From the NCBI GenBank assembly GCA_043822065.1, contig JBDRCC010000020.1:1-64000 (forward strand): DNA of 64,000 nucleotides. Direction: 5' to 3'. Made by a program: the position numbers and the translations under genes. Positions 26,765 through 36,454 of the stretch are shown in pieces. Within the stretch, counting starts at the first letter, position 1. The number at the start of each line of letters is the position of its first letter. The notes under the pieces were generated by a model that was not told the DNA's origin, did no database searches, and saw only the letters and a program-made list of their open reading frames with translations. This DNA comes from an archaeon (lineage in GTDB: Archaea > Undinarchaeota > CAZHTU01 > JBDRCC01).

Positions 26765-27052
26765 CTATCCTCCACAGCCTCCTCCGCAGCTGCCAGTGCA
26801 TGACGACCCGCCAGTGCAAGTCGGGCTTCCGCAGCTGCCGCTCCCTGGCGGCCCGCCCGGGTTGCTTGGCTGTGCTTGGACTTCCACTATCCCAGCACCT
26901 CCGCCGCCCGAAGACCCAAAATCTGTGCCCAGTCTGTAGTTGTAATACAGATTCAGCGATCCGGCTGCCATGGCGGCTAAAAGAAGGAGCCCGACAACAA
27001 AAATCAGCAGTTCGTTTCCAAGTAGTTCTTTTATTGCAGTTGTTTTTTTCAT
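26765..27052 (-). CDS. Small TM protein with Gly/Cys-rich tail
   Basis: TM then SGSCGSPTCTGGSSCTGSCGGGCGG; last gene of the ABC operon. Confidence 0.65.
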   Translation of the reverse strand: MKKTTAIKELLGNELLIFVVGLLLLAAMAAGSLNLYYNYRLGTDFGSSGGGGAGIVEVQAQPSNPGGPPGSGSCGSPTCTGGSSCTGSCGGGCGG

Positions 27053-27063
27053 TCCCCCCCCCC

Positions 27064-28308
27064 CTATATCTGCCTCAGAGCCTCCGCAGGATCTATCTTC
27101 GACGCCTTTAGGGCCGGATAAACTGTGGCTGCTGTCCCCACGAGGACCGCTAAAGCTACAGCTGCCACTGCAAGGTACGGGTCAAAGGCACTGGCAATCT
27201 CTACTTCAGCAATCAGGGATCCTGCAATTGATGTGACTATAATGCCTAAGGCATATCCAATTGCTCCGGATACAAGGCTAAGCACCAATGCCTCGGTTAT
27301 GAATATTCTGGCAATGTGCTGCTTTCTGAAGCCAATTGCCCTGAATATCCCAATTTCCCTTGTCCTCTCGTTTACAGAAGCCATCATCGTTGTGAACACC
27401 ATCAGCGAGCCAATTAGGAGTATAATTACCCCAACGGCCATGCCAAAGTTGCTTATCTGCTTTATTGTTTGCATCTTCTGTTCCACAACCTGCTTTATGG
27501 GCGTGGCTTTGCCATCAGGAATTGCCTCGTTTATCTGCCTCGCCATTTCCTCTACTGGGCATCCTGAGCATATAGCTGCAACTTCCACAAGGGTTATCTC
27601 ACCTTCTTTGCCAAGCAGCCGCTGGGCTGTCCGCAGGTTCATGAAAATTATTGAGTCGTCCTGGGAACCCGTTTCCTCGATGACGGCTCTTACATTGAAA
27701 CTCATCTCCCTGCCATTGCTGGAGAGTGTTACCGCATCCCCAGGCTTCTTGTTTAGCTTTTCAGCCACGCCAGACCCTATTAGGATATCTTCCTCTTTCA
27801 AGCCTGCAATTTCAGTCACAGTCACCATTTTAGTTGGGTCTATCGGGCTGGCCTTCTCCACGCGGACCAGCTCTATACCGCTCTCAGGGGTAAACTTCCA
27901 CCATTTCTTTAGCTTAATTTCAGTTGCCAGCTCGGCACCGACTAGCAGTATGGTTTCTCCATCAACATCAACTGCGCCAAGCAGCTTTTCTGACACCGTT
28001 GCAAGATTATTCTTATTTTTAATCTCCCAGATACTGTCTATCCTCTCCTCTTTTATTTGCCGAACGTCATACTGGGCGCCTGGGATTGATATCCCCCCGT
28101 AGGTCATGGACAACGTATTTGCTTTCGGGACAATCATGATGTTTGCCCCGTATTCGTCCAGCTTCTGCTGTACGTCCTGCTGCATTGCCTCAGTAATGGA
28201 GAAAATAGTCACTATGGTCGCTATGCCAATCACCATGCCAAGGACAAGGAAGAGCATCTTCTTCCTCCGCCTTTTTATGTTGTCCATTGCTATGTTTCCG
28301 AGCTTCAT
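27064..28308 (-). CDS. ABC transporter permease (MacB/FtsX family)
   Basis: SVNERTREIGIFRAIG, PALKASKIDPAEALR; CSGC motif. Confidence 0.92.
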   Translation of the reverse strand: MKLGNIAMDNIKRRRKKMLFLVLGMVIGIATIVTIFSITEAMQQDVQQKLDEYGANIMIVPKANTLSMTYGGISIPGAQYDVRQIKEERIDSIWEIKNKNNLATVSEKLLGAVDVDGETILLVGAELATEIKLKKWWKFTPESGIELVRVEKASPIDPTKMVTVTEIAGLKEEDILIGSGVAEKLNKKPGDAVTLSSNGREMSFNVRAVIEETGSQDDSIIFMNLRTAQRLLGKEGEITLVEVAAICSGCPVEEMARQINEAIPDGKATPIKQVVEQKMQTIKQISNFGMAVGVIILLIGSLMVFTTMMASVNERTREIGIFRAIGFRKQHIARIFITEALVLSLVSGAIGYALGIIVTSIAGSLIAEVEIASAFDPYLAVAAVALAVLVGTAATVYPALKASKIDPAEALRQI

Positions 28309-28730
28309 TAGAAGTATTTCCCTCCCAGTTCAATGTCAGCTTTTTTGATTAGCACGTTTCCGCCTATAACTTCTCGGTCCAATGGCGCCGGGTTGCATCC
28401 GCCTTCCTCTATGTTTATCCTCGTGGAGGGAAACCTCCGCCCGCAGTTGTTGCAAACCATATAGTCCCCTTCCTGCCTGTAGCCCTTCTTAGCCTCAAAG
28501 CAGACATCGCAGGCGTCAAACGCCGCCCTGTATACCCCATCACTGGACTTAAGCACAAAAAAGCGGATGGTTTTCCCCCCAGCGCCGTTATAGCTGTAGA
28601 AATGCGCCTTTCCGTCATTGATTTCTGAGATTGGTATCTTTAGGGTCTGGCCCTCCTGCTGGACTTTTTCCCCACTAACACACCCTGCAACAAGAAAAAC
28701 CAAAAGAATAACGAGTCCAGATTTACCCAT
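28308..28730 (-). CDS. DUF2318 membrane iron-sulfur (lipo)protein
   Basis: LVAGC lipobox; FDACDVC, VCNNCG, GGCNP. Confidence 0.88.
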   Translation of the reverse strand: MGKSGLVILLVFLVAGCVSGEKVQQEGQTLKIPISEINDGKAHFYSYNGAGGKTIRFFVLKSSDGVYRAAFDACDVCFEAKKGYRQEGDYMVCNNCGRRFPSTRINIEEGGCNPAPLDREVIGGNVLIKKADIELGGKYF

Positions 28731-29406
28731 TTTTGACCTCCCGGTCCAGCTTGCCATCCCTCAAATGCACTATTCTATGCGCGCTCATAGCTATTTTTTC
28801 ATCATGCGTGACCATCACAATCGTTTGCCCCCCCTTGTTTAATTCCTTTATCAGGCTCAGGATCTCGTCACCGGTTTTCGAGTCAAGGTTTCCGGTCGGC
28901 TCATCCGTAAGCAGAATCTTTGGAGTATTCACAATTGCACGCGCAATTGCCACCCGCTGCTGTTCCCCCCCAGAAAGCTTGTCTGGAAGCCTATTCTCCT
29001 TGCCATGCAAGCCTACTCTTCTGAGGGCGTCCATTGCCTTCTCGAGCTGCTTTTCGCCTGGCATCTTAGAGATTGAAAGCGGCAGCATTACATTCTCCAT
29101 CGCCGTCAAATATGGGATTAGCTGGTATGACTGAAAAACAAATCCAAGGTTCCGGAACCGGAAATCTGCCTGCTTTTCCTGGTTTAAATCATATACTCTT
29201 ATATTGTCCATGGAAACAATCCCTCTCGTTGGGGTATTCAAAATTCCAAGAATGCTCAGCAGAGTGCTTTTTCCAGAACCAGACGGTCCCATAACAGCAA
29301 GCATCTCCCCTTGCTTCACATTTAAGCTCACATCCTTAAGGGCAGAGATAACCCTATTTCCATCCTCATACTCTTTTGTTATATTCTCCAATTCAATTAT
29401 GTTCAT
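28723..29406 (-). CDS. ABC transporter ATP-binding protein (LolD-like)
   Basis: [35 protein letters not shown]. Confidence 0.95.
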   Translation of the reverse strand: MNIIELENITKEYEDGNRVISALKDVSLNVKQGEMLAVMGPSGSGKSTLLSILGILNTPTRGIVSMDNIRVYDLNQEKQADFRFRNLGFVFQSYQLIPYLTAMENVMLPLSISKMPGEKQLEKAMDALRRVGLHGKENRLPDKLSGGEQQRVAIARAIVNTPKILLTDEPTGNLDSKTGDEILSLIKELNKGGQTIVMVTHDEKIAMSAHRIVHLRDGKLDREVKNG

Positions 29407-29444
29407 GCCTACTCTAAGGATGAAACAGCTATTAAGCTCTTGTT

Positions 29445-29458
29445 TGAAACTAGTTTCA
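29445..29458. promoter_or_regulatory. Perfect 14-bp palindrome upstream of the ABC operon (putative operator)
   Basis: TGAAACTAGTTTCA; half-site tgaaac repeated at 29421; TATA-like ttaa between them. Confidence 0.55.
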
Positions 29459-29494
29459 CAACGTAAGACGGGTGTGCCTTAGATAGAAACAGTA

Positions 29495-29974
29495 TTACTT
29501 CAAAATAACGACGTTGGTCATGCCGCGCCGCTTGCGCTCGATGACGCCCTTTCCCTCTAGCTTGTCCAGGATCCTTGTGACCTTGACCTTTGTCATGCCA
29601 GCCTTCTCAACCAGCTCTGCCTGGAAAATCGCGCCGTCAGCCTTTTTTATCTCCTCATACAGCCTTTTTTCGTCTTCGGCAAGAGGCGGAAGCCTTACTG
29701 CCTTTCTTCCTGCCCAGTCATCCCCCTTAAGGTACACAAGGACACCCGACCCGCATAGGGCTATTATGAAAAAGAAATTCAGGAAAACATACGGCGGGAG
29801 GCCTTCTGTATGGGTGCATCCCTCGTGCCCCATGTCCCCGCAAACCAGCGCGCACTGCTCAGCCTCTTTCTTTAGGCTGTCCGAAATGGAATAAAAGGAA
29901 ATCACGAGAACTAGGGCTGAACATAGGACTATCCCAACTCCCAGCTCCCGTGGCCCAAACTTGCTTAGAGGCAT
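29495..29974 (-). CDS. Membrane-anchored winged-helix (MarR-like) regulator
   Basis: 2 TM with a Cys/His loop (CALVCGDMGHEGCTH); FQAELVEKAGMTKVKVTRILDKLEGKG. Confidence 0.85.
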   Translation of the reverse strand: MPLSKFGPRELGVGIVLCSALVLVISFYSISDSLKKEAEQCALVCGDMGHEGCTHTEGLPPYVFLNFFFIIALCGSGVLVYLKGDDWAGRKAVRLPPLAEDEKRLYEEIKKADGAIFQAELVEKAGMTKVKVTRILDKLEGKGVIERKRRGMTNVVILK

Positions 29975-29976
29975 CT

Positions 29977-31155
29977 TTATATCAGCTTCATCTGCTTCCC
30001 GACCTTCTCGAACTTCTCTATGCAGAAGTCCAGGTCGGCTTTTGTGTGCCCGGCATTAACTATTGCCCTGACCCTCGACGTGTCCTCAGAGACAAGCGGG
30101 TAGACAATCGGCCTGACGAAGACGCCCTCTTCGAACATCCTCTTGCTCAGCTCGACCGCGGTCGAGCTCTTGCCCACAATTATCGGCGTTATCGGCGAGA
30201 CGCTCCGCCCGGTGTTGAAGCCGAGCGCTTTGACCTTCTCCTTGAAGTGCTTGGTGTTCTTCCAGAGGTTCTTCAGGTGCTCTGGCTCGTCCCTGACGAT
30301 GTCAAGGACCTCCATGCACGCGGCAACGACCGCCGGCGGGTGCGAAGTGGTGAATATGAAGCTCCTCGCCCTGTTCGTCAGGTAGTCCTTCAGCTCCTGC
30401 ACCCCGGCGACGTACCCTCCGAGGCAGCCGAAAGCCTTTGATAGGGTCCCCATGTCGATGTCCAGCTTGTCAGCGACGCCGTAGTGGTGCGCCGTTCCCC
30501 TGCCTTCCGGGCCCATGACGCCGTCGCCGTGCGCGTCGTCTACCATGAGTATGGCGTCATATTTCTCGGTCAGCTCTGTTATCTGGTCAAGCGGCGCGGT
30601 GTCGCCGTCCATGCTGAACACCCCGTCAGTCACGACAAGCCGCTTCTCGTACTTCGCGCTTTGCTTGAGCGCCTCCTCAAGCCCAGTCATGTCGCAGTGG
30701 GGGTAAATCTTCCTCTCCGACTTGGTGAGCCTTACGCCGTCGATTATGCTCCCGTGGTTCAGCTCGTCGCTGATTATGACGTCCTTTTCCCCCATCAGCG
30801 CCTGGATTGTGCCTCTGTTCGCGGCAATCCCTGCGACGAAGATGAGCGAAGCCTCGGTCTTCTTGTACTCCGCAAGCTTCTTCTCAAGCTCTAAGTGAAT
30901 TGGCATCGTTCCGGCAATCTGCCTGACTGCGCCGGTTCCGAAGCCGTATTTGTCAATCGCTTCCTTCGCCGCCTTTACGACCCGCGGGTGGTTTGTAAGG
31001 TTGAGATAGTTATTTGTTGATAGTGTGACGACTTCCTTCCCGTTCATCTTCACGCGCGGACCCTGCTTTCCCTCGAAAACCGGCAGCTCGCCGAACTGGC
31101 TCTTGCTCTTCAGGTCCTGGATTACATCTTTTAGGAATGATAAGTGATTCGTCAT
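29977..31155 (-). CDS. kbl: Glycine C-acetyltransferase (2-amino-3-ketobutyrate CoA ligase)
   Basis: NNYL, SDELNHGSIIDG, DGVFSMDGD, VDDAHG, GTLSKAFG; divergent from tdh. Confidence 0.9.
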   Translation of the reverse strand: MTNHLSFLKDVIQDLKSKSQFGELPVFEGKQGPRVKMNGKEVVTLSTNNYLNLTNHPRVVKAAKEAIDKYGFGTGAVRQIAGTMPIHLELEKKLAEYKKTEASLIFVAGIAANRGTIQALMGEKDVIISDELNHGSIIDGVRLTKSERKIYPHCDMTGLEEALKQSAKYEKRLVVTDGVFSMDGDTAPLDQITELTEKYDAILMVDDAHGDGVMGPEGRGTAHHYGVADKLDIDMGTLSKAFGCLGGYVAGVQELKDYLTNRARSFIFTTSHPPAVVAACMEVLDIVRDEPEHLKNLWKNTKHFKEKVKALGFNTGRSVSPITPIIVGKSSTAVELSKRMFEEGVFVRPIVYPLVSEDTSRVRAIVNAGHTKADLDFCIEKFEKVGKQMKLI

Positions 31156-31229
31156 GTTTTTACCCCCAATCTACTCAATATGGATAAATTTATATTGTTT
31201 CTGCCCATTGCTTTGGCGGGGGAATTCTC

Positions 31230-32267
31230 ATGGCAGAAATGCAAGCAGTTATGAAATTGAAGGCCGAGAAGGGCATGACACTTACAACGACTAAGGAGCC
31301 GGCGGTGAAGCCGGACTACCTAAAAGTCAAAGTCAGGGCGACCGCAATCTGCGGGACTGACAAGCACATCTTCGACTGGCACGCCCCATGGGACACCCGG
31401 ATCAAGCCGCCCAAGATAATAGGCCACGAGCTGTGCGGTGAAGTCGTCGAAATCGGCGGCCACGTCTCAGGCTTCGAAGTCGGGGACATGATTTCTGCCG
31501 AAACCCACGTCGCGGACTGGACCTGCCCCCAGTGCCTGCGCGGAAACGCGCACATCTGCCAGAACATGAAGCTCTTCGGCGTCGACATCGACGGCGTCTT
31601 TGCTGATTATGCAGTCGTCCCGGCCAGAAATGCCTGGAAAAACGACCCCTCAATCCCATTCGAGATGCAGGCCGTCCAGGAGCCCCTTGGGAACTCAGTC
31701 TACACGACATACTCCACCAACCTGCCGGGGAAGCGGGTCTCAATTTTCGGCTGCGGCCCCACCGGCCTTTTCTCAATAGCGCTTGCAAAGGCGGCGGGCG
31801 CGTCGCAGGTCATAGCAGTTGCGGGGAGCAAGACGCACCTCGACTTGGCCAAAAAAATGGGCGCAACCCACATCATAAACCGCCACGAGAAAGACCCTGC
31901 AACGGAGATACTTGAAATCACCGGCGAAGGTGCGGACATAATGCTGGAAATGTCAGGAAGCGCCAGCGCCCTTGACCAGGGGCTGAAATCCCTGCGCCAG
32001 GGGGGCGAGGTCTCAATCCTCGGGCTTTACTCAAAGCCGCCGCAAATCGACTGGTCAAAGGACATAGTCCTCAAGAATGTCACCCTCTACGGAATCAACG
32101 GAAGGCTTATGTTCAAGACATGGGAAACCGTCGCATGGCTCCTCAGGGAAAAGGTCATCGACATATCGCCAGTCATCACCCACAAGTTCAAGCTGTCCGA
32201 ATTCGACAAGGCGATGGAGGTCGCCCTTTCAGGAGAATGCGGCAAGGTCATAATGTTCCCAAAGTAG
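31230..32267 (+). CDS. tdh: L-threonine 3-dehydrogenase
   Basis: [38 protein letters not shown]. Confidence 0.93.
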   Translation: MAEMQAVMKLKAEKGMTLTTTKEPAVKPDYLKVKVRATAICGTDKHIFDWHAPWDTRIKPPKIIGHELCGEVVEIGGHVSGFEVGDMISAETHVADWTCPQCLRGNAHICQNMKLFGVDIDGVFADYAVVPARNAWKNDPSIPFEMQAVQEPLGNSVYTTYSTNLPGKRVSIFGCGPTGLFSIALAKAAGASQVIAVAGSKTHLDLAKKMGATHIINRHEKDPATEILEITGEGADIMLEMSGSASALDQGLKSLRQGGEVSILGLYSKPPQIDWSKDIVLKNVTLYGINGRLMFKTWETVAWLLREKVIDISPVITHKFKLSEFDKAMEVALSGECGKVIMFPK

Positions 32268-32311
32268 CGCTGGCAGTCATTCTTATTCTGCTGGCAGGAG
32301 GATGCATAGAA

Positions 32312-32764
32312 ATGGCGAAACCAAAGGCAGGTCAGAACAGGATAGCGGTAGTTGACACGAGCAAAGGCGCGTTCAAGTTCGAGCTCTACGAGGCGCAGGC
32401 GCCAGTCACCACTGCAAACTTCATCAAGCTGGCAAGCGCAGGCTTCTATAACGGGCTCACCTTCCACAGGTACGAGCCTGGCTTCGTCATCCAGGGCGGG
32501 GACCCCAACGGCGACGGCACAGGCGGCAGCGGGGAAAATATCCCCCTTGAAATCAAACCTGAACTTAAGCACACCGCGGGGGCAGTCGGCATGGCGCGCT
32601 CCCAGAACCCGAACTCCGCATCAAGCCAGTTCTACATCTGCCTTGACGACGCAAACTCCCTCGACGGCAATTATGCAGTCTTCGGGATGGTCACCGAAGG
32701 CATGGACAACGTCCTCAAGCTGCGGGTTGGAGACGAAATCACCTCAATAACAATCGTGGGTTAG
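32312..32764 (+). CDS. ppiB: Cyclophilin-type peptidyl-prolyl isomerase
   Basis: [43 protein letters not shown]. Confidence 0.93.
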   Translation: MAKPKAGQNRIAVVDTSKGAFKFELYEAQAPVTTANFIKLASAGFYNGLTFHRYEPGFVIQGGDPNGDGTGGSGENIPLEIKPELKHTAGAVGMARSQNPNSASSQFYICLDDANSLDGNYAVFGMVTEGMDNVLKLRVGDEITSITIVG

Positions 32765-32842
32765 TGCATGGCAGCTGCCGCCTGCGCATAAGCAATCCCG
32801 CCCTTGGTGAAATATATATACCTGCGCCGCATTACGAAGAAT

Positions 32843-34135
32843 ATGGGAAAAACAGAGGGCATAATTCGGCGTGACAAGAGAGTTATCTCGCCATCTTTCG
32901 CACGCTCATCGCCCGTGGTCTTTGAAAAAGGGAAAGGCTGCTACCTGTGGGATGTTGAAGGCAAGAAGTACCTGGACTTCCAGAGCTCCGTCACAGTGTG
33001 CGGCGTCGGCTACCAGAACCCGGATGTCAAAGCTGCAATCCGCAGCCAGCTGGACAAGCTGATGAACTGCAACTTCCCGGACTACTACTCCGAGCTGCCT
33101 GTGAAGGTTGCTGAAAAGCTGGTCACCAAGGTACCGATTCCAGGCCAGAAAAAGGTCTTTTTTGCAAACTCCGGCACCGAGTGCGTCGAGTGCGCGCTCA
33201 AGCTTGCGCGCTGGCATACCGGGAAGACAAACCTAATAGGGTTCTATGGGGACTTCCACGGCAGGAGCTACGGAGCGGTCAGCCTGACCTGCTCGAAAAA
33301 GCTCCAGCACCAGGGCTTCGAGCCGCTGCTGCCGGGCGTGAAGCACAGCCACTTTGCATACTGCTACCGCTGCCCCCTTAACCTGGAGTACCCAGGGTGC
33401 GGTGTCGCTTGCGCGGATTACCTGGAAGAGGTTGTGCTAACCGATTCTCCGCCAGAAAACACGGCTGGGCTCATCTTTGAGCCAATACAGGGCGAGGGAG
33501 GGTACATAGTCCCACCCAAGGAGTTCCTCCCGCGGGTGCAAAAAATCTGCAACCGGAACAAAGTCCTTTTCATCAGTGATGAGGTCCAGACCGGGCTGTG
33601 CCGGACTGGCAGGTGGTCTGCATCAGAGGTCTTCAAGATAAAGCCCGACGTTGTCCTGCTGTCCAAGTCAATAGCCAACGGCATGCCCTTCGGGGCGGTG
33701 ATTGCGAAAGAGAAATACATGCGCTGGCCCTCCGGGAGCCACTCCAACACCTTCGGCGGGAACGCGCTCGCATCAGCTGCGTCGCTCGCCGTGATAAATT
33801 ATATGGAGAAAAAGCGGCTGTGGAAGAATTCAGAACAGGTGGGCAAATTCGCGATGGAGCGGCTGGAGAGGATGAAGGAAAAATACCCGATAATCGGCGA
33901 TGTGAGGGGGAAAGGGCTCATGATTGGCGTTGAATTCATTAAGGACAGGAAGAAGACGCCGGCAGTGAAGGAACGGGACAAGATTGTGAAAACCGCCGTC
34001 CTGGAGGGCTTAATCCTTCTCGGCTGCGGCAAGAGCGTAATCCGGATAGCCCCGCCGCTTACCATAACCGAGGCGGAGATGGAAAAGGGGCTCAACTTGT
34101 TTGAGAAAGCGTGCAAGAGCGTGCGGACGTCCTAA
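32843..34135 (+). CDS. Class III PLP aminotransferase (acetylornithine/GABA aminotransferase family)
   Basis: NSGTE, FHGRS, EPIQGEGG, DEVQTG..RTG, LSKSIANG, SNTFGGN. Confidence 0.92.
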   Translation: MGKTEGIIRRDKRVISPSFARSSPVVFEKGKGCYLWDVEGKKYLDFQSSVTVCGVGYQNPDVKAAIRSQLDKLMNCNFPDYYSELPVKVAEKLVTKVPIPGQKKVFFANSGTECVECALKLARWHTGKTNLIGFYGDFHGRSYGAVSLTCSKKLQHQGFEPLLPGVKHSHFAYCYRCPLNLEYPGCGVACADYLEEVVLTDSPPENTAGLIFEPIQGEGGYIVPPKEFLPRVQKICNRNKVLFISDEVQTGLCRTGRWSASEVFKIKPDVVLLSKSIANGMPFGAVIAKEKYMRWPSGSHSNTFGGNALASAASLAVINYMEKKRLWKNSEQVGKFAMERLERMKEKYPIIGDVRGKGLMIGVEFIKDRKKTPAVKERDKIVKTAVLEGLILLGCGKSVIRIAPPLTITEAEMEKGLNLFEKACKSVRTS

Positions 34136-35097
34136 AACGCAGTTTTAGCCTTTAGTCCCTGGCCCCGTAGACTGATTTCAGCCATCACGCACTTGCCGTG
34201 CACGACCTCGATGCCATTGTTTTTGCTGAAACCGATGGCTTCTCCCGATTCCGAGCTAGGCTGCATCCACACCTTCTTTATTTCTGCGTCCTTGCACGCC
34301 CTGACGATTTTTTCCGTGACCTGCGGCGAGACGACAATGTCCACAACATCCGGCTTCTTCGGCAGGCTCTTCAGGTCAGGGTAGCACTTGCGCTCCAATA
34401 TCTTTTCCGCATTAGGATTAACTGGATAAGCCTCGTATCCCTGCGCCAGCAGGAACTTGAAAATTTTATGGCCGTATTTTCTAAAATTTGCCGAAGCCCC
34501 CACTACGGCATAAACATTTGTTTTCTCAAGAAACTTTTTTACCAGCGCCGCGTCGTCCTCGAAGCTCATCCCCATCTCATGCCACTCTGCGCCGCCGTGG
34601 GTGGACGCCGACTTGCCAGTGTAAACAAAGCCGAGCTTCCTGTAGTAATCAACCATGTTTTCCTTGCATATCAGCAGGACCTTTTCTTTTCCGAGCCCTT
34701 TGGAAATCTCCACAAACCTCTCGACCAGCCGCCTCGAAACCCCAAGCCCCCTGAACTCCGGCAGGACTGCGACAGTGAACACGACAACATTCTTCCCGCC
34801 CGGAACATGGCCAACCATGCCCTTCAGCTCCTCTGCACTGATGTCCTCCTTTTCTATTGTGGCGCCGTTTATTATGCCGATTATTTTCCCGCCCAGCTCG
34901 GCGACAAGAAATCCCTCTGGGAACAGCTCAATCCTTTTCCTGAACTTTTCCTCCGAAGCCACCTCAGGTGGAGGATAGCACCTGTCCTCAACAATCCACG
35001 CTGCATGCAAATCAGCCAGCCGCACCTGCCTGATGATTATCTCGTCCGGGCTCACCCCAATGCCCTCAGAAGCAGAGGTCACGTTTGCCATCTTCAA
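34132..35097 (-). CDS. GNAT N-acetyltransferase fused to a CoA-binding domain
   Basis: VAVLPEFRGLG, YYRKLGF, STHGGAEWHEM; then AVVGAS...YPVNP...VWMQP. Confidence 0.85.
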   Translation of the reverse strand: MKMANVTSASEGIGVSPDEIIIRQVRLADLHAAWIVEDRCYPPPEVASEEKFRKRIELFPEGFLVAELGGKIIGIINGATIEKEDISAEELKGMVGHVPGGKNVVVFTVAVLPEFRGLGVSRRLVERFVEISKGLGKEKVLLICKENMVDYYRKLGFVYTGKSASTHGGAEWHEMGMSFEDDAALVKKFLEKTNVYAVVGASANFRKYGHKIFKFLLAQGYEAYPVNPNAEKILERKCYPDLKSLPKKPDVVDIVVSPQVTEKIVRACKDAEIKKVWMQPSSESGEAIGFSKNNGIEVVHGKCVMAEISLRGQGLKAKTAF

Positions 35098-36454
35098 GCT
35101 CCTTAAGCCGCTTTATGGTCAGCTCCCGCCTCTTTTTGCCCTCAATGCCCTTTAGCTGGTCCTCTATGACATTGTCCCCGAGTTTCCTCAGCTCTTCATC
35201 TGCATAGTCCAGCAGGTACTCCTTGAAAGTCAGAAGCGAGTTCGGCAGGCAGAAGTTCCTAATCAGCCCCGGTTTTGCCATGTCCATGAAGTCCTTTCCA
35301 GTCCTTCCCAGCCGGTAGCAGGCGGTACAGAAGCTCGGGCTGTAGCCCATCTTGCAGATGTCCTCCACAATTTCAGCCATTGACCTTGAGTCATGAAGCG
35401 TGAACTGCTCCGCATCCCCTTTGCTGTCCTCCGAATACCCGCCGGGGTTCGTCCGCGAGCCCGCGCTTATCTGCGAGATGCCCAAGCCGAAGACCTCGTT
35501 CCGCATCTTTGCAGTTTCCCTTGTAGACAGAATCATCCCAGTGTATGGGACCGCCAGCCTGAGTATTGCAACCATCTTCTTGAAGTCGCCATCCGAAACA
35601 GGCGCCGGCGGCGTGCATGCGGCGGGCGCGTTCAGCGCCGGCTCGAGCCGCGGGACGGAAATCGTGTGCGGTCCGACGCCATACTTCTCGTCAAGGTGCT
35701 TCGCGTGGTATAACAATCCCATGATCTCAAACTTATAATCATAAAGCCCGAACAGCGCGCCAATCCCGACGTCGTCAATCCCACCCTCCTTGGCGTTATC
35801 CATCGCATATAGCCTGTTCAGGTAGTGCGACTTCGGCCCAGAGACATGCATCTTTTCATACGTCGGGCGGTGGTAGGTCTCCTGGAACTCCTGGTATGTC
35901 CCTATCCCCTTCGCTTTGAGCCTCCTGTAGTTCTCGACGGTCTGCGGGGCAATGTTGATGTTAACCCGCCGTATCTCCCCCTTCCCGACCTTCGTCGAAT
36001 AAACAGTGTCAATAGCGTTCTCGAGGTACTCAATGTTCGCGGTGTTGTTGTCTTCTCCAGCGACAAGCAGGAGCCGCTTGTGTCCCTCCTTTTCGAGGAG
36101 CTCGACCTCGCGCCTTATTTCATCCGTTGACAATACCTTCCGTTTCAGCTCCTTGTTGTCCTTCCTGAAGCCGCAGTAAAGGCAGTTGTTTACGCAGACG
36201 TTCGTCAGGTAAAGCGGCGCAAAAAATACCAGCCTCTTGCCGTAAATATCCTCCTTTATCTTCCGCGCCGCAGTGAAAATCTTCTGTATTACTTCTTTGT
36301 CCTCTGTCTGGAGCAGGACGGCTGCCTCCGCCGGCGCCAGCCCCTTCAGCTTGAGCGCCTTTTCGACAACAGCAAGCGCTTCCGCGTGTGAAGCCTTCTT
36401 CCCCCTGGCAAGCTCTTCCTCTATTTTTTTCTGGTCAATGAAGCTTTCCATCAT
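35066..36454 (-). CDS. hydG: [FeFe]-hydrogenase maturase HydG (radical SAM)
   Basis: FAPLYLTNVCVNNCLYCGF, FQETYH, VGPHTISVPR, C-terminal CTAC-x22-C auxiliary cluster motif. Confidence 0.93.
   Translation of the reverse strand: MMESFIDQKKIEEELARGKKASHAEALAVVEKALKLKGLAPAEAAVLLQTEDKEVIQKIFTAARKIKEDIYGKRLVFFAPLYLTNVCVNNCLYCGFRKDNKELKRKVLSTDEIRREVELLEKEGHKRLLLVAGEDNNTANIEYLENAIDTVYSTKVGKGEIRRVNINIAPQTVENYRRLKAKGIGTYQEFQETYHRPTYEKMHVSGPKSHYLNRLYAMDNAKEGGIDDVGIGALFGLYDYKFEIMGLLYHAKHLDEKYGVGPHTISVPRLEPALNAPAACTPPAPVSDGDFKKMVAILRLAVPYTGMILSTRETAKMRNEVFGLGISQISAGSRTNPGGYSEDSKGDAEQFTLHDSRSMAEIVEDICKMGYSPSFCTACYRLGRTGKDFMDMAKPGLIRNFCLPNSLLTFKEYLLDYADEELRKLGDNVIEDQLKGIEGKKRRELTIKRLKELEDGKRDLCF

Noticed and set aside
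31500-31560. Asp replacing the first Cys of the Tdh structural zinc site
   Set aside because: Acidic substitutions occur in medium-chain dehydrogenases, and the catalytic motifs are intact
35066-36454. ThiH (thiamine biosynthesis)
   Set aside because: It has the C-terminal CxxC-x22-C extension typical of HydG, and no thi genes are nearby
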